Positions 9,534 to 19,209 of a DNA stretch of 64,000 nt are shown piece by piece. The notes beneath the pieces are model-generated. The model searched no databases and was not told where the DNA came from. It saw only the letters and a program-made list of their open reading frames with translations. Source of the DNA: an uncultured Chloroflexia bacterium (GTDB lineage Bacteria > Chloroflexota > Limnocylindria > Limnocylindrales > CSP1-4); the NCBI GenBank assembly GCA_963813335.1, contig CAWEYL010000007.1, positions 15,447 through 79,446 of the forward strand. The letters run 5' to 3'. Made by a program: the position numbers and the translations under genes. Position 1 is the first letter of the stretch. Each line of letters starts with the position of its first letter.

Positions 9534-9995
9534 TCACTCGCGGGTCAGCTCGTCCTCGTAGAAGACGCACTGGTTGAACCGCGGCGTCAGGCAGACGTCG
9601 TTGACGTAGCCCTGGTCCAGGTGGACGCCGCCGCGGAGTTGGCAGCGGCTGACGTTGGCGTCCTGCCGGATCAGCGCCTTCAGGAGGTGCGGCGCCTGGA
9701 TCGGGATGGCGCCGCGCGAGCCGGTCATGTAGAAGTGGGGACAGACGTTGCGACGCAGGTTGGGCAACCCGAACCCGGGACGGGGCGGCACGGTGGCGTA
9801 CGGGTTGACGTTCGTCGGCTCGCGCGACACGAGCGGCGACGGCGTCACCCGGGCGATGGGTCCGACGCCGAATTGCGGCCTCCCGGTCGCGCCGCTCGGC
9901 GGCTTGCCGGTCCGTGGATCGCGTGCCTGCACTCCAGCCCTCGTTGCGGGCGCGGGCGGTCTTCCGTCACGCGCGCTGACCGCGCCAGAGTACAT
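9534..9995 (-). CDS. Hypothetical protein, Pro/Arg-rich N-terminus and Cys-containing C-terminal domain
   Basis: Coding-like codon use in 3' part (CPHFY..RCQL..DVCL..QCVFY); start uncertain (9932-9995). Confidence 0.6.
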   Translation of the reverse strand: MYSGAVSARDGRPPAPATRAGVQARDPRTGKPPSGATGRPQFGVGPIARVTPSPLVSREPTNVNPYATVPPRPGFGLPNLRRNVCPHFYMTGSRGAIPIQAPHLLKALIRQDANVSRCQLRGGVHLDQGYVNDVCLTPRFNQCVFYEDELTRE

Positions 9996-10055
9996 CCCAC
10001 CGCAACGCGACTGTGTGGCGGACCGCTCCGCGCCACCCGTGCGACAATCGGCGCG

Positions 10056-11255
10056 ATGACGACCCGGCGCGGCGATCGGCCGACTCACGTCCGACCCCGA
10101 CCCCCATCCAGCGGCCGTCCTGCCCCTGTCAAGACCAAGCCGCGACAGCCGGCGTCCGGTCGTCTCGCCACCCATCGGCCGATCGAGCGCGGCCGCGGCA
10201 TGCCGATCATCTTCCGCATCGCGCTGTCGCTGGCGATCATCGGGCTGGGCGCAGGCGTGCTGTACATCGCGGCCGGCGGCCTCAAGACCGTGGCCGGGAG
10301 CCTTGGCACCACGCTGACCGGGTTCGTCGATGACGTCACGGCGACCCCGAGCCCCATCCCGTCGGTACCGGTCGTCAGCGGCGCCCCGTCGCTGGATCCG
10401 CCCGACGAGCCGTACACGAACTCGCCGCAGGTAGACCTCGTGGTCACGGTCCCCGCGGCGATGGTCGGCGACACGACCCATCGGATCCGGGTCTACCTGG
10501 CCCTCCTCGACCAGAAGGCGACGGCCATCATGGAAGTGCCGATCGGGCCGACCGCCAAGACCCCCGTCCCGGTCGAGCTCACCAAGGGGATCAACGACTT
10601 CTCGGTCTCGATCGTGGGCGACAACACCGAGTCGGAGTCGTCGGCGATCGTCCGCTACGTCCTCGACAATGCGAAGCCCAAAGTGACGATCACCTCGCCC
10701 AAGGCCAACGCGCTCGTCAACGGCAAGACCGTCACCATCAAGGGCAAGGTCCAGTCCCGCTCGACGCTGCTGGCCCGCAACGAGACGAACGGGGCCACGA
10801 GCGCCGGATCTGCGGCGCCCGACGGGACCTTCACCCTGACCCTCCCGATCACCACCGGCCAGAACACGATCACCATCGATGCGACCGACCCGGCCGGGAA
10901 CGCCGGGACGACCTCCCTGACCGTCCGCCGCGGCTCGGGCAAGCTGACGGTCTCGCTCTCGGCGTCGGCCTACCAGGTCTCGCGCAAGGCGCTGCCCGAG
11001 GGGATCAAGCTCACCGCCACGGCGACCGACCCGGACGGCAACCCGCTCAAGGGTGCGGACGTGACCTTCACCCTGAGCATCCCGGGCATCCCGACCGTGA
11101 CCCAGGACGCCAAGACCGGTTCGAACGGGCGTGCGGAGTGGCAGACGACGATCCCCAAGGGGGCGACCCTCGGCCAGGGGAGCGCCACGGTGCTCGTCTC
11201 GAGTGACGCGTTCGGGTCCACGCAGGACTACACGGTCATCACCGTCGTCAAGTAG
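10056..11255 (+). CDS. Membrane-anchored Ig-like domain protein
   Basis: Single TM, Thr-rich beta repeats (ITITSP-like, GQNTITIDATDPAGN, ATATDPDGNP). Confidence 0.75.
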   Translation: MTTRRGDRPTHVRPRPPSSGRPAPVKTKPRQPASGRLATHRPIERGRGMPIIFRIALSLAIIGLGAGVLYIAAGGLKTVAGSLGTTLTGFVDDVTATPSPIPSVPVVSGAPSLDPPDEPYTNSPQVDLVVTVPAAMVGDTTHRIRVYLALLDQKATAIMEVPIGPTAKTPVPVELTKGINDFSVSIVGDNTESESSAIVRYVLDNAKPKVTITSPKANALVNGKTVTIKGKVQSRSTLLARNETNGATSAGSAAPDGTFTLTLPITTGQNTITIDATDPAGNAGTTSLTVRRGSGKLTVSLSASAYQVSRKALPEGIKLTATATDPDGNPLKGADVTFTLSIPGIPTVTQDAKTGSNGRAEWQTTIPKGATLGQGSATVLVSSDAFGSTQDYTVITVVK

Positions 11256-11316
11256 CGGGCCCTGGCGCCGACGCGCCGGTTCGACAGCGGGGCGACTCGC
11301 AGCTACCATCCGCGGC

Positions 11317-11742
11317 ATGCCGATGTGGCGATGTCCACACTGCGGGACACCACAGGCCGAGACGGCCAGGTGTTGGGTCTGCCGACGATCCAGCACGGCC
11401 TGCCTGACCTGTCGGCATTTCCGTCGCTCGGTCGCCGCGAACGTGGGGTACTGCGGGCTCGACCGTCGACGCGCGCCGCTCGTCGGCGACGAGATCCGGG
11501 CGTGCTGGGAGGGCGGCCCGTTCTCGATGGCGCCCACCATCCCGGCGGCGCGCGCCCGGCTGGCGGTGATCGACGGGGCGCCCGTCCAGCAGATCGAGTT
11601 CGTCGAGGTCACGGCCGGTCCGCTCGGCGCGCCCGACCCAGCCGGCACCACCGACGCGACGGGCATCGGCGCGCCCGAACCCTCGCTCCCGATGGCACCC
11701 GACGAGCCGAGGTGGAGCCTCTGGGAGGACCCGACCGTCTAG
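11317..11742 (+). CDS. Cys-rich putative zinc-binding hypothetical protein
   Basis: CPHC..CWVC..CLTC..YC..AC; TACCAT box just upstream of ATG. Confidence 0.65.
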   Translation: MPMWRCPHCGTPQAETARCWVCRRSSTACLTCRHFRRSVAANVGYCGLDRRRAPLVGDEIRACWEGGPFSMAPTIPAARARLAVIDGAPVQQIEFVEVTAGPLGAPDPAGTTDATGIGAPEPSLPMAPDEPRWSLWEDPTV

Positions 11743-11779
11743 GCCAGCCGCGGCTCGCCCGTTCCGGACGACCGCCGGG

Positions 11780-13606
11780 TCAGGGCGCCGGCGGCGGCGG
11801 GGTCGGCGTCGGCGTCGGCGGCACCGGAGTCGGCGTGGGCGTGGGCGTCGGGGTGGGGGTCGGCGTCGGGGTCGGGGTCGGCGTGGGCGTCGGGGTCGGC
11901 GTCGGCGTCGGGGTCGGCGTGGGCGTCGGGCTCGGCGTCGGCTCGGGGCCCTTCGAGACCACGTAGTCGACCGGCGTCTGCTTGGCCACGATCAGGCCCG
12001 GTCCCGGGCTCTGGCTGATGACGCTGCCGAGGGGGATCGTCGCGTCGAACGCGTCAGTGCGCGCCCCGACCCGGAGGCCGGCGTCGTTGAGCGCCTGCAG
12101 GGCGTCCGATTCGGGCAGCTTGCGGATGTCCGGGACGGGGGTCGTGTCGACGCCCGCCGCCACGGTCACGTTGACGGTGCTGCCCGCCGTCAGGACGGTC
12201 CCGACGGGCGGGTCCTGGGCGAGGATCGTGCCGACCGGCTGGTCGGAGGGCGCGCCGGTCGTGACCAGGACGATGCCCTTCTGGTCGGCGACGCGCTGGG
12301 CGTCCGTGACGAGCTGGCCGACGAAGTTCGGGACCACGACCGGCGCCGGGGTCGCGGACGGCTTGGCGCCGCCGCCGGACGACATCTGGAAGACGAGGAA
12401 GGCGATCAGCACCAACAGGAGGATCGCGCCGATCCCGGCGGCCCACACGATCGGGCTGGTCTTCTCCGGTTCGTCCGGGGGCATCGGCGGTGGTGGCGTG
12501 CCAGCCGGCGGAGGCGGAGGCGGCGCGCTGGTGCCGGCATCGTCGGCGGTCGCGTAGGCGTCGGCGGCGTAGGGCACCGCTGACGGGTTGGCCCGTGCGA
12601 CGCCGCTCATGGCGATCGTGGCACCCGCGGCGATCGCACCAGCCGCCGCCATGCCACCGGCCCCACTCCCGCTGCCAGCGCCGGGCGCCGCCATCCCGGC
12701 CGCCGCAGCGCCTGCCGCACCCGCGGCCACCGCCGCGCCGGAGACCGCGCCGTCGAGCGCGTCGGCCATCGCGGTCGCCGAGGTGAAGCGGTCGTCGGGC
12801 TCGAGGGCGAGCGCCTTGCGCGTGATCGCGGCGAGGTCGGGCGGGACGGAGGCCCGGACCGCCATCGGATCCGGGACCGGGCCGGAGAGCCGGGCCAGCC
12901 CGACCGCGGCGGCGCTGTCGCCTTCCCAAGGCCGGACCCCGGTGAGCATCTCGTACAGGACGATGCCGAGGGCGTAGATGTCGGACGCGGCGGTCGCGGG
13001 CTCGCCACGAGCCTGCTCCGGGCTGAAGTAGTGGACCGACCCGAGGGTGGTGCCGGGGAGCGTCGTCTGGGCCTCGGCGATCGCACGGGCGATGCCGAAG
13101 TCGACGACCTTGACCTGGCCGTCCCGGCCGATCAGGACGTTGCCGGGCTTGATGTCGCGATGGACCAGGCCGCGGGCATGCGAGGCGGCGAGCGCGCGGG
13201 CGACCGCGGCGGCGATCCGGGCGGCCTGGCGCGGCGGGAGCGGCCCGCTCCGGCGCATGATCGTGGCCAGGTCCTCGCCGTCGACGAGCTCCATGACGAT
13301 GTACGGGCCGGAGGGATCCTCCCCGTAGTCGTACGTCGTGACGATGTTCGGGTGGGTCAGCGACGCGGCGGCCTGCGCCTCCTGGCGGAAGCGGGACGAG
13401 AAATCGGGGTCGCGCAGGTACTCGGGTCGCAGGAGCTTGACGGCGACGTCCCGGCCCAGCTGCGTGTCGACGGCGCGGAAGATGGTCGCCATGCCGCCCT
13501 GTCCGAGCAACTCGACCAGACGGTACCGACCGCCGAGGACCGTGCCGATCTCCGCCAAACCTTGCTCCTCGTCGTGGCCGGGCCAGCCCGGCGCGTGGGA
13601 CGGCAT
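11780..13606 (-). CDS. PknB-like Ser/Thr kinase with two PASTA domains and a Pro-Thr tail
   Basis: LGQGGMA, VAVK, HRDIKPGN, DFGIA, YFSPEQ, TM, PASTA repeats; start may be ~13558. Confidence 0.93.
   Translation of the reverse strand: MPSHAPGWPGHDEEQGLAEIGTVLGGRYRLVELLGQGGMATIFRAVDTQLGRDVAVKLLRPEYLRDPDFSSRFRQEAQAAASLTHPNIVTTYDYGEDPSGPYIVMELVDGEDLATIMRRSGPLPPRQAARIAAAVARALAASHARGLVHRDIKPGNVLIGRDGQVKVVDFGIARAIAEAQTTLPGTTLGSVHYFSPEQARGEPATAASDIYALGIVLYEMLTGVRPWEGDSAAAVGLARLSGPVPDPMAVRASVPPDLAAITRKALALEPDDRFTSATAMADALDGAVSGAAVAAGAAGAAAAGMAAPGAGSGSGAGGMAAAGAIAAGATIAMSGVARANPSAVPYAADAYATADDAGTSAPPPPPPAGTPPPPMPPDEPEKTSPIVWAAGIGAILLLVLIAFLVFQMSSGGGAKPSATPAPVVVPNFVGQLVTDAQRVADQKGIVLVTTGAPSDQPVGTILAQDPPVGTVLTAGSTVNVTVAAGVDTTPVPDIRKLPESDALQALNDAGLRVGARTDAFDATIPLGSVISQSPGPGLIVAKQTPVDYVVSKGPEPTPSPTPTPTPTPTPTPTPTPTPTPTPTPTPTPTPTPTPVPPTPTPTPPPPAP
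11802..11946. repeat. Degenerate 6-bp tandem repeat encoding (Pro-Thr)n
   Basis: (ggcgtc/ggggtc/ggcgtg)n at the kinase C-terminus. Confidence 0.9.
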
Positions 13607-13645
13607 CGTACCGTATGGCGCCGGCCGCCCTTGGGCCGGGTCAGG

Positions 13646-14524
13646 TCAGAGCTCGAGCCCCTGCAGGTAGGCGCGGAACTCGGCGCCGAGGTCGGGCCGC
13701 GTGAGCGCGATCTCGACCGATGCCTTGAGCCAGCCCATGGTGGTGCCGGCGTCATAGCGGATCCCCTCGAACTCGTAGGCGAAGACCGCCTGCTCCTGCA
13801 TCAGGTCCGAGATCGCATCGGTCAGCTGGATCTCGCCGCCGGCGCCGCGCGGGGTCTGCTCGAGCTTGTCGAAGATCTTCGGCGTCAGCACGTAGCGCCC
13901 GATGATGGCCAGGTTGGAGGGCGCGTCGGCCGCCGCCGGCTTCTCGACCAGGCTCGTGACGCGGTGGAGCCGGCCGTGGTCCAGCGGGTCCTCCGACGGC
14001 TCGCTGCCGATCACGCCGTAGCGGCTGGTGTCCTCGGGCGGGACCTCCATGACGGCCACGACCGAGCCATGGGTCTGGGTGTAGGCGTGGATCAGCTGGC
14101 CGATGCACGGCCGGTCGGCGATGACCACGTCGTCGGGCAGGATCACCGCGAACGGCTCGTGGCCGATCAGGTCCTTCGCCATCAGGACCGCGTGGCCGAG
14201 GCCGAGCTGCTCCTTCTGGCGGACGTAGGCCACCTGGGCCAGGTCGCTGATATGGCGGACCTGCCGGAGCATCTCGATGTCGCCCTTCTCCTCGAGCAGA
14301 TGCTCGAGCTCGTACGACAGGTCGAAGTGGTCCTCGATCGCCCGCTTCTGGCTGGAGGTGACGATGATGACCTGCTCGATCCCCGCGGCGACGGCCTCCT
14401 CGACCGCGTACTGGATGATCGGCTTGTCCACCAGCGGCAGCATCTCCTTGGGTTGCGCCTTGGTGGCGGGCAGGAAACGGGTGCCCCAGCCGGCGGCGGG
14501 GAAGACAGCCTTGCGGACGCGCAT
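13646..14524 (-). CDS. galU: UTP--glucose-1-phosphate uridylyltransferase
   Basis: KAVFPAAGWGTRFLPATKAQPKEMLP, LGLGHAV, GEIQLTDAI. Confidence 0.95.
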   Translation of the reverse strand: MRVRKAVFPAAGWGTRFLPATKAQPKEMLPLVDKPIIQYAVEEAVAAGIEQVIIVTSSQKRAIEDHFDLSYELEHLLEEKGDIEMLRQVRHISDLAQVAYVRQKEQLGLGHAVLMAKDLIGHEPFAVILPDDVVIADRPCIGQLIHAYTQTHGSVVAVMEVPPEDTSRYGVIGSEPSEDPLDHGRLHRVTSLVEKPAAADAPSNLAIIGRYVLTPKIFDKLEQTPRGAGGEIQLTDAISDLMQEQAVFAYEFEGIRYDAGTTMGWLKASVEIALTRPDLGAEFRAYLQGLEL

Positions 14525-14586
14525 CGAACCTCGCGAAGGACGGGTGGGCGGTGCCGGCAGTATACCGCGAGGGCCGTTCCGCCCGG

Positions 14587-15348
14587 TCAGGACGCCGGGT
14601 CGAGCGAACGCTCGAATCGGCGGAGCGCCTCGTTGAAGGCTGCCGGCCGATCGAGGTTGGAGAGGTGCGACGCCCCGGCCAGGCGCACCCGGTGCGCGCC
14701 GTGGGCGGACGTCGCGAACGACCGCGAGAAGAGTCGGAACGGCAGGTCCAGCTCGCCGTTGATGATCAGCGTCGGACCGGGATAGGCCTCCAGCTGCGGC
14801 CGGAAACGATGGCCGGCGACCGCGCGCAGGGCGCTCGCCCCGCCGAGCGACCAGAACCCGCCGGCGAGGATCGGATCGGCGACCTCCGCCGGGAAGCGCG
14901 TCCGGAAGAACCAGCGATTGAGGACGTCGAGCCGGGAGCTCGGGACCGACGTCATGACCCGCGCCAGGGCCAGGTACGGGAGCATCTTCGGGCCGGTCGG
15001 CTCCGCGGTCGCCCCGGCCAGCACGAGCCCGCGGACGCGCTCGGGCGAGCGCGCGGCAAGCTCCATCGCGACATAGCCGCCGAGCGAGAGCCCGACCACG
15101 ACCGCCCGCCGGTCGCTGGCGGCCGCGTCGATCGCCGCGGCGACATGGTCCGCCGCGCCCTCCAGGGTGAATGGCTGGTCCGCGAGGGTCCCGTGGCCGG
15201 GCAGGTCCACGGCGATCGTCCGGTACGTGTCGGCGAGCCCGGCCACCTGCGGGCCCCAGGCGGCGCGGGTGAGGCGGGTCCCGTGGACGAAGACGAACGT
15301 CGGCGCCCCGGACGGGCCGCTCACGGTGTAGCCGGGATCGGCGGTCAT
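14587..15348 (-). CDS. Alpha/beta hydrolase
   Basis: VFVHG, DLPGHG, GLSLGG nucleophile elbow, C-terminal His. Confidence 0.88.
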   Translation of the reverse strand: MTADPGYTVSGPSGAPTFVFVHGTRLTRAAWGPQVAGLADTYRTIAVDLPGHGTLADQPFTLEGAADHVAAAIDAAASDRRAVVVGLSLGGYVAMELAARSPERVRGLVLAGATAEPTGPKMLPYLALARVMTSVPSSRLDVLNRWFFRTRFPAEVADPILAGGFWSLGGASALRAVAGHRFRPQLEAYPGPTLIINGELDLPFRLFSRSFATSAHGAHRVRLAGASHLSNLDRPAAFNEALRRFERSLDPAS

Positions 15349-16127
15349 CGCTCGGTCGGCGTCCGGGGGGCGTGCCCGGGCGCCGATCCGCCGCCCGGGA
15401 CGAGCCCGTGCTGCACGGCGAACAGCGCGGCCTGGGTGCGGCTGGCGAGCCCGAGCTTGGCCAGGATGTTCGAGACGTGGGTCCGGGCGGTCCGCTCCGC
15501 GATCCCGAGTTCCTCGGCGATCTCACGGTTCGACAGCCCGCGGGCCACGCCGGACAGCACATCGCGCTCCCGGCCGGTCAGGGTGGCGAGGCTGGCCCGC
15601 GCGCTCCCCCGTCCGCGCGGGACCGCGCCCTCCCCGGCCCCCGCCGGGCCGCCGGGCTGGGGGCCGCGGGCGTTCGCGGACTTGGTGCCGGGGCCGGACC
15701 GGTCGCGCAGGCCCCGGGCCACGATCCCGGCGATCGCCGGGTCGAGGTGGACCTCGCCGGCGACGGCGGCACGGATGGCGGCGGCCAGGTCGTCGGCCTC
15801 GGCGTCCTTGAGCAGGAAGCCGCTCGCCCCGGCCTCGATGGCCGCGGTGACGCGATCCTCGTCGACGAAGCTGGTCAGCGCGACGACCTCGACGCCCGGG
15901 TAGCGCGCCTTGATCTCGGCCGTGGCGGCGATGCCGTCCATGACCGGCATCAGCAGGTCCATGACGACGACGTCGGGATGCAGCGCCTCGACCGCGGCCA
16001 GCGCCTCGGCGCCATCCTGGGCCTCGCCGACCACCTCGAGGTCGTCGTGGAGCGCCAGGAAGTCGCGCATGCCGCGGCGGACCATCGCGTGGTCGTCGGC
16101 GAGCAGGATCCGGATGCGCTCGGCCAC
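15345..16127 (-). CDS. NarL/LuxR-family response regulator
   Basis: ILLADDH, MDLLMP, LTGRERDVL..GLSNREIA..KLG. Confidence 0.92.
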   Translation of the reverse strand: MAERIRILLADDHAMVRRGMRDFLALHDDLEVVGEAQDGAEALAAVEALHPDVVVMDLLMPVMDGIAATAEIKARYPGVEVVALTSFVDEDRVTAAIEAGASGFLLKDAEADDLAAAIRAAVAGEVHLDPAIAGIVARGLRDRSGPGTKSANARGPQPGGPAGAGEGAVPRGRGSARASLATLTGRERDVLSGVARGLSNREIAEELGIAERTARTHVSNILAKLGLASRTQAALFAVQHGLVPGGGSAPGHAPRTPTER

Positions 16128-16128
16128 G

Positions 16129-17171
16129 TCAGGGCCCGCCCGGGACCACGAGCGCACGGCCATCGTCGGCCAGCGCATCGGCGTCGCCTGTCGGCCGCGT
16201 CGCCGGCCCCGCGCTGGAGGATGACCGCGGCGGCCAGGATCGCCAGCGCGCCGACCGCCTGGAGCGGCACGAGCGATTCACCCAGCAACCAGGCGGCCAG
16301 GGCGACCCCGACGACCGGTTCGAAGAGCATCAGGATCCCCGCCCGCGTCCCGCCGATCGCCCGGATCCCGGTCAGGAACCCGATGGACGGGATCGCCGCC
16401 GCGAAGATCCCGGTGAACAGCAGGAGCGGCAGGAGCGAGGGCGAGCGGACCGGCTCGACCAGCGCGGCCGCGTGGCCCGAGACGATCGAGACCAGGCCCG
16501 CGCCGACCACCGTGAACCCCAGGATCACGGCCATCACCTGCTCGGTGGGAACCGTCGGGTAGCCGTCGCGACTGGTGACCATGAAGACGGTCTGGCTGAG
16601 CGCGGCCCCGAGCGCCAGGCCGAACCCGAGCGCGTCGAAGCGGATGCCGGCCGCGGGGTCCAGCTGCGACGCGACGACCGCGACCATGCCCGCCAGAGCG
16701 AGGACGAGCGCCACGACCCGCCGGCGGTCGAGCCGGTCCCGCCCGAGGACGGTGTTGGCGACGGCGACGATCGCCGGGTACGTGTAGAAGCCGAGGAGCG
16801 CGAGCGCGACCGTGATCCGGTCGAACGCGATGAACATGGCGAGGTTGAGCGTGAAGCCCATCGTCGCGGCGAGCAGCAGCATCCGGCGCGCCCTCCCCGG
16901 CAGGGTCGCCCAGCGAGTCGAGCGAGATGTCGCCGCGCCGAGCCCGCCAAGCAACGAACACGGCTGTCCCCAGCAGCCCGACGAGCGCGCGCCAGGTCAC
17001 GAACGCCGGCGGCTCCATGCCCGCGTCGTAGGCGAACCGGGACAGCGGCCCGAGCATGCCGAAGAGCGCCGCCGAGCCCACCACGATGGCCATGCCGGTC
17101 GCCGGCGAAAGCGCGACCGCGGGAGCGGTCGTCCGTTCGGCTGAGGTCCCGGTCGTCGGTGGCGGCGGCAT
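16129..17171 (-). CDS. EamA/DMT family transporter (two +1 frameshifts, ~16910 and ~16208)
   Basis: Multiple TMs, FYTYP and FEPVVG motifs; pieces join to a typical DMT length. Confidence 0.8.
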
Positions 17172-17200
17172 CCGGCCATGGTAGGGCGGACGGGGCGAGG

Positions 17201-18310
17201 TCAGCCGGGTGCGTGCCCCGTCGCGGGCTCGGGCGGTGTCTCGTTGGCCGCGGCCAGCTGCTCGGCGGCCGGGGACTCGTGCCGCGTCCGGCCGAGGACG
17301 ATCGTGGTGAACGGGACCCGGAACTCGCGGAAGACGTCGATCGAGACCAGGAACCCGGCGAACAGGAAGATCACGCCGACGAACTTGCCCGACTGGAACA
17401 GGCCGGTCACCCCGAATCGGCTGAGGATGTCGCCGGTCGCGGCGACCAGCGCGCCGAGCGCGATGAGGATGGTCGCCGGCACCCGGCTGTGGATCCGGCC
17501 CGTGACGAGCGCCCGCAGCGCGGCTGGCAGCGACGCGACGAGGTTGACGGTGATGGCCACGGGCGCGATCAGCAGGTTGAACAGGAACTCGTCCCCCGGC
17601 TGGTTCGGGTCCAGCGAGTAGCCCAATACACGTCGCTTCGGCATGAACACGTACGCCGAGAAGATGGCGCCGAGGATGAGCGCGAACGCGCCCGTGATGT
17701 TCATGAACGGGGTGAGCAGCCGGAGCTGCGGCGGCAGCAGCGACGCGACCGGGACGCCGGTCGCGGGGTCCAGCGCATAGCCCGGGGCAGGCAGCGTCGC
17801 GACCGCCATCAGGACGATCGAGAGGACGGTCGCCCCCACCACCGCGCCGACCGCGAGCATCGGCCAGCGGTCGTTCTGGAAGTACGTCTCGACCGCGACC
17901 GCGAGCGCCAGGAGGGCCGCCGCGATCAGGTACAGCAGGGGCAGCGTCCCGGCCCCGGCATACTCGGGCTTGTTGCGGACGAGGAACGTGAACAGGCCGG
18001 CCAGGAACAGGCAGAGCGCGAAGCTGTAGCCGAACCGGGTGCGACCGAGCAGGACGGCCGTCCCCAGCCCCAGCCAGCCGGCGGTCCAGACGGCGCCCGT
18101 GAGGTACCAGGTCCGGTACAGGGCCTCGTTCCAGCCGCTCGCGCCCCCGATGGCCTCGCAGGCCGAGCCGATGCCGTAGAAGAGCATGCCGATCGCCCAG
18201 ATGAGCTGGAACCCGCCGCGCCGGAGCCGCCACTGGTCGAACAGCAGCAGCGAGAACGCCAGGGCGAGGATGGCGGTCAGCGTCGGGAGCACGACCCGGG
18301 CGTCCATCAC
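17201..18310 (-). CDS. Polytopic membrane protein of unknown function
   Basis: About 9-10 hydrophobic segments; WAIGMLFYG..E..GW..YRTWYLTGA..GWLGLGT. Confidence 0.8.
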   Translation of the reverse strand: MMDARVVLPTLTAILALAFSLLLFDQWRLRRGGFQLIWAIGMLFYGIGSACEAIGGASGWNEALYRTWYLTGAVWTAGWLGLGTAVLLGRTRFGYSFALCLFLAGLFTFLVRNKPEYAGAGTLPLLYLIAAALLALAVAVETYFQNDRWPMLAVGAVVGATVLSIVLMAVATLPAPGYALDPATGVPVASLLPPQLRLLTPFMNITGAFALILGAIFSAYVFMPKRRVLGYSLDPNQPGDEFLFNLLIAPVAITVNLVASLPAALRALVTGRIHSRVPATILIALGALVAATGDILSRFGVTGLFQSGKFVGVIFLFAGFLVSIDVFREFRVPFTTIVLGRTRHESPAAEQLAAANETPPEPATGHAPG

Positions 18311-19029
18311 TCGGTCGCCGCCTGATGGGTGGCGATGAACCGAAGGAGGAGACGGTCGAGCAAGGCGGACGCGTCCTCGTAGAGCGCGCCGAGACGCGCC
18401 GGGTCGAGGGTCCGCCGCCGGCCGAGGCCGGCGAGCTCGGCGAGGAACGGGCGGCGGGCCGCCACGAACAGGGCGACCGCCTCGGTCAGGCTGACGTGGG
18501 CGGTCGCCAGCCGTCGGGCCAGGTCGTCGACGAGGCCCTCGGCGTCCGCTTCGGCCGCCGCGCGCGCCGCGCCGTCGCCCGGATCCGCGTCGAGGTGCGC
18601 GACGAGCGCGGCGACCAGGCGCCGCCCGTCGCTCCGGTAGGCCGCCCGGTCGTCGTCGTCGACGGCCGTACGGACCAGGTCGGCCGGGGCGTCCGTCGCG
18701 CTGTAGCTGCGGCGATAGACGCGCTGGAGCCGCTCGGGGGTCGCGCCAAGGCTCGCCAGCGGACGGGCGGAGGGGCGGGTCGTGCGCCGGCCCATGCCGG
18801 GACGGCGTTCCGAGGCGAGCCGCTCCAGCGCGCGGCGGTCGAAGCGGCGGTGGCCGCCCGGGGTCGTATAGACCGCGACCCGGCCCTCATCGGCCCAGCG
18901 GCGGAGCGTGCCCGGGTCGACGCCGAGGAGCGCGCTGGCCGGGCCGAGCGACAGCCACGAACGGGCCGCGGCCGGGCCGGGAGCGGGAGCGGGTGCAGCG
19001 AGCGCGACGGACGAAGGGGCGGGCGGCAT
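18307..19029 (-). CDS. MerR/excisionase-like HTH regulator with all-helical C-terminal domain
   Basis: WLSL..AS.LLGVDPGTLRRWADEGR...TPGGHRRF. Confidence 0.85.
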   Translation of the reverse strand: MPPAPSSVALAAPAPAPGPAAARSWLSLGPASALLGVDPGTLRRWADEGRVAVYTTPGGHRRFDRRALERLASERRPGMGRRTTRPSARPLASLGATPERLQRVYRRSYSATDAPADLVRTAVDDDDRAAYRSDGRRLVAALVAHLDADPGDGAARAAAEADAEGLVDDLARRLATAHVSLTEAVALFVAARRPFLAELAGLGRRRTLDPARLGALYEDASALLDRLLLRFIATHQAATE

Positions 19030-19172
19030 CGTGCCTCGCAGACGGACCCGGGCGGCGCCGGACCCTGGGAGAGGGCGCCGACGGGTCGGTCGGCTGGGGG
19101 GAAGCCGAGCCGACCCGTCGACACGGGAATCTATGCAAATCTGGGGACGGCTCGGCTGGCCCGAGCGGGCGG

Positions 19173-19202
19173 AGGATAGGTCCGGCCCGACGGCCCTGTC
19201 AA
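19173..19202 (-). promoter_or_regulatory. Sigma70-type promoter of HTH operon
   Basis: TTGACA-N18-TATCCT on minus strand. Confidence 0.65.
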
Positions 19203-19209
19203 ACCCGCG

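Noticed and set aside
11802-11946. Tandem repeat as CRISPR or VNTR element
   Set aside because: Synonymously varied codons for a Pro-Thr tract, no spacers
18307-19029. Excisionase-like HTH as evidence of a prophage or ICE near tRNA-Glu
   Set aside because: No integrase, phage or conjugation genes; the protein has a long C-terminal domain and is coupled to a membrane-protein gene
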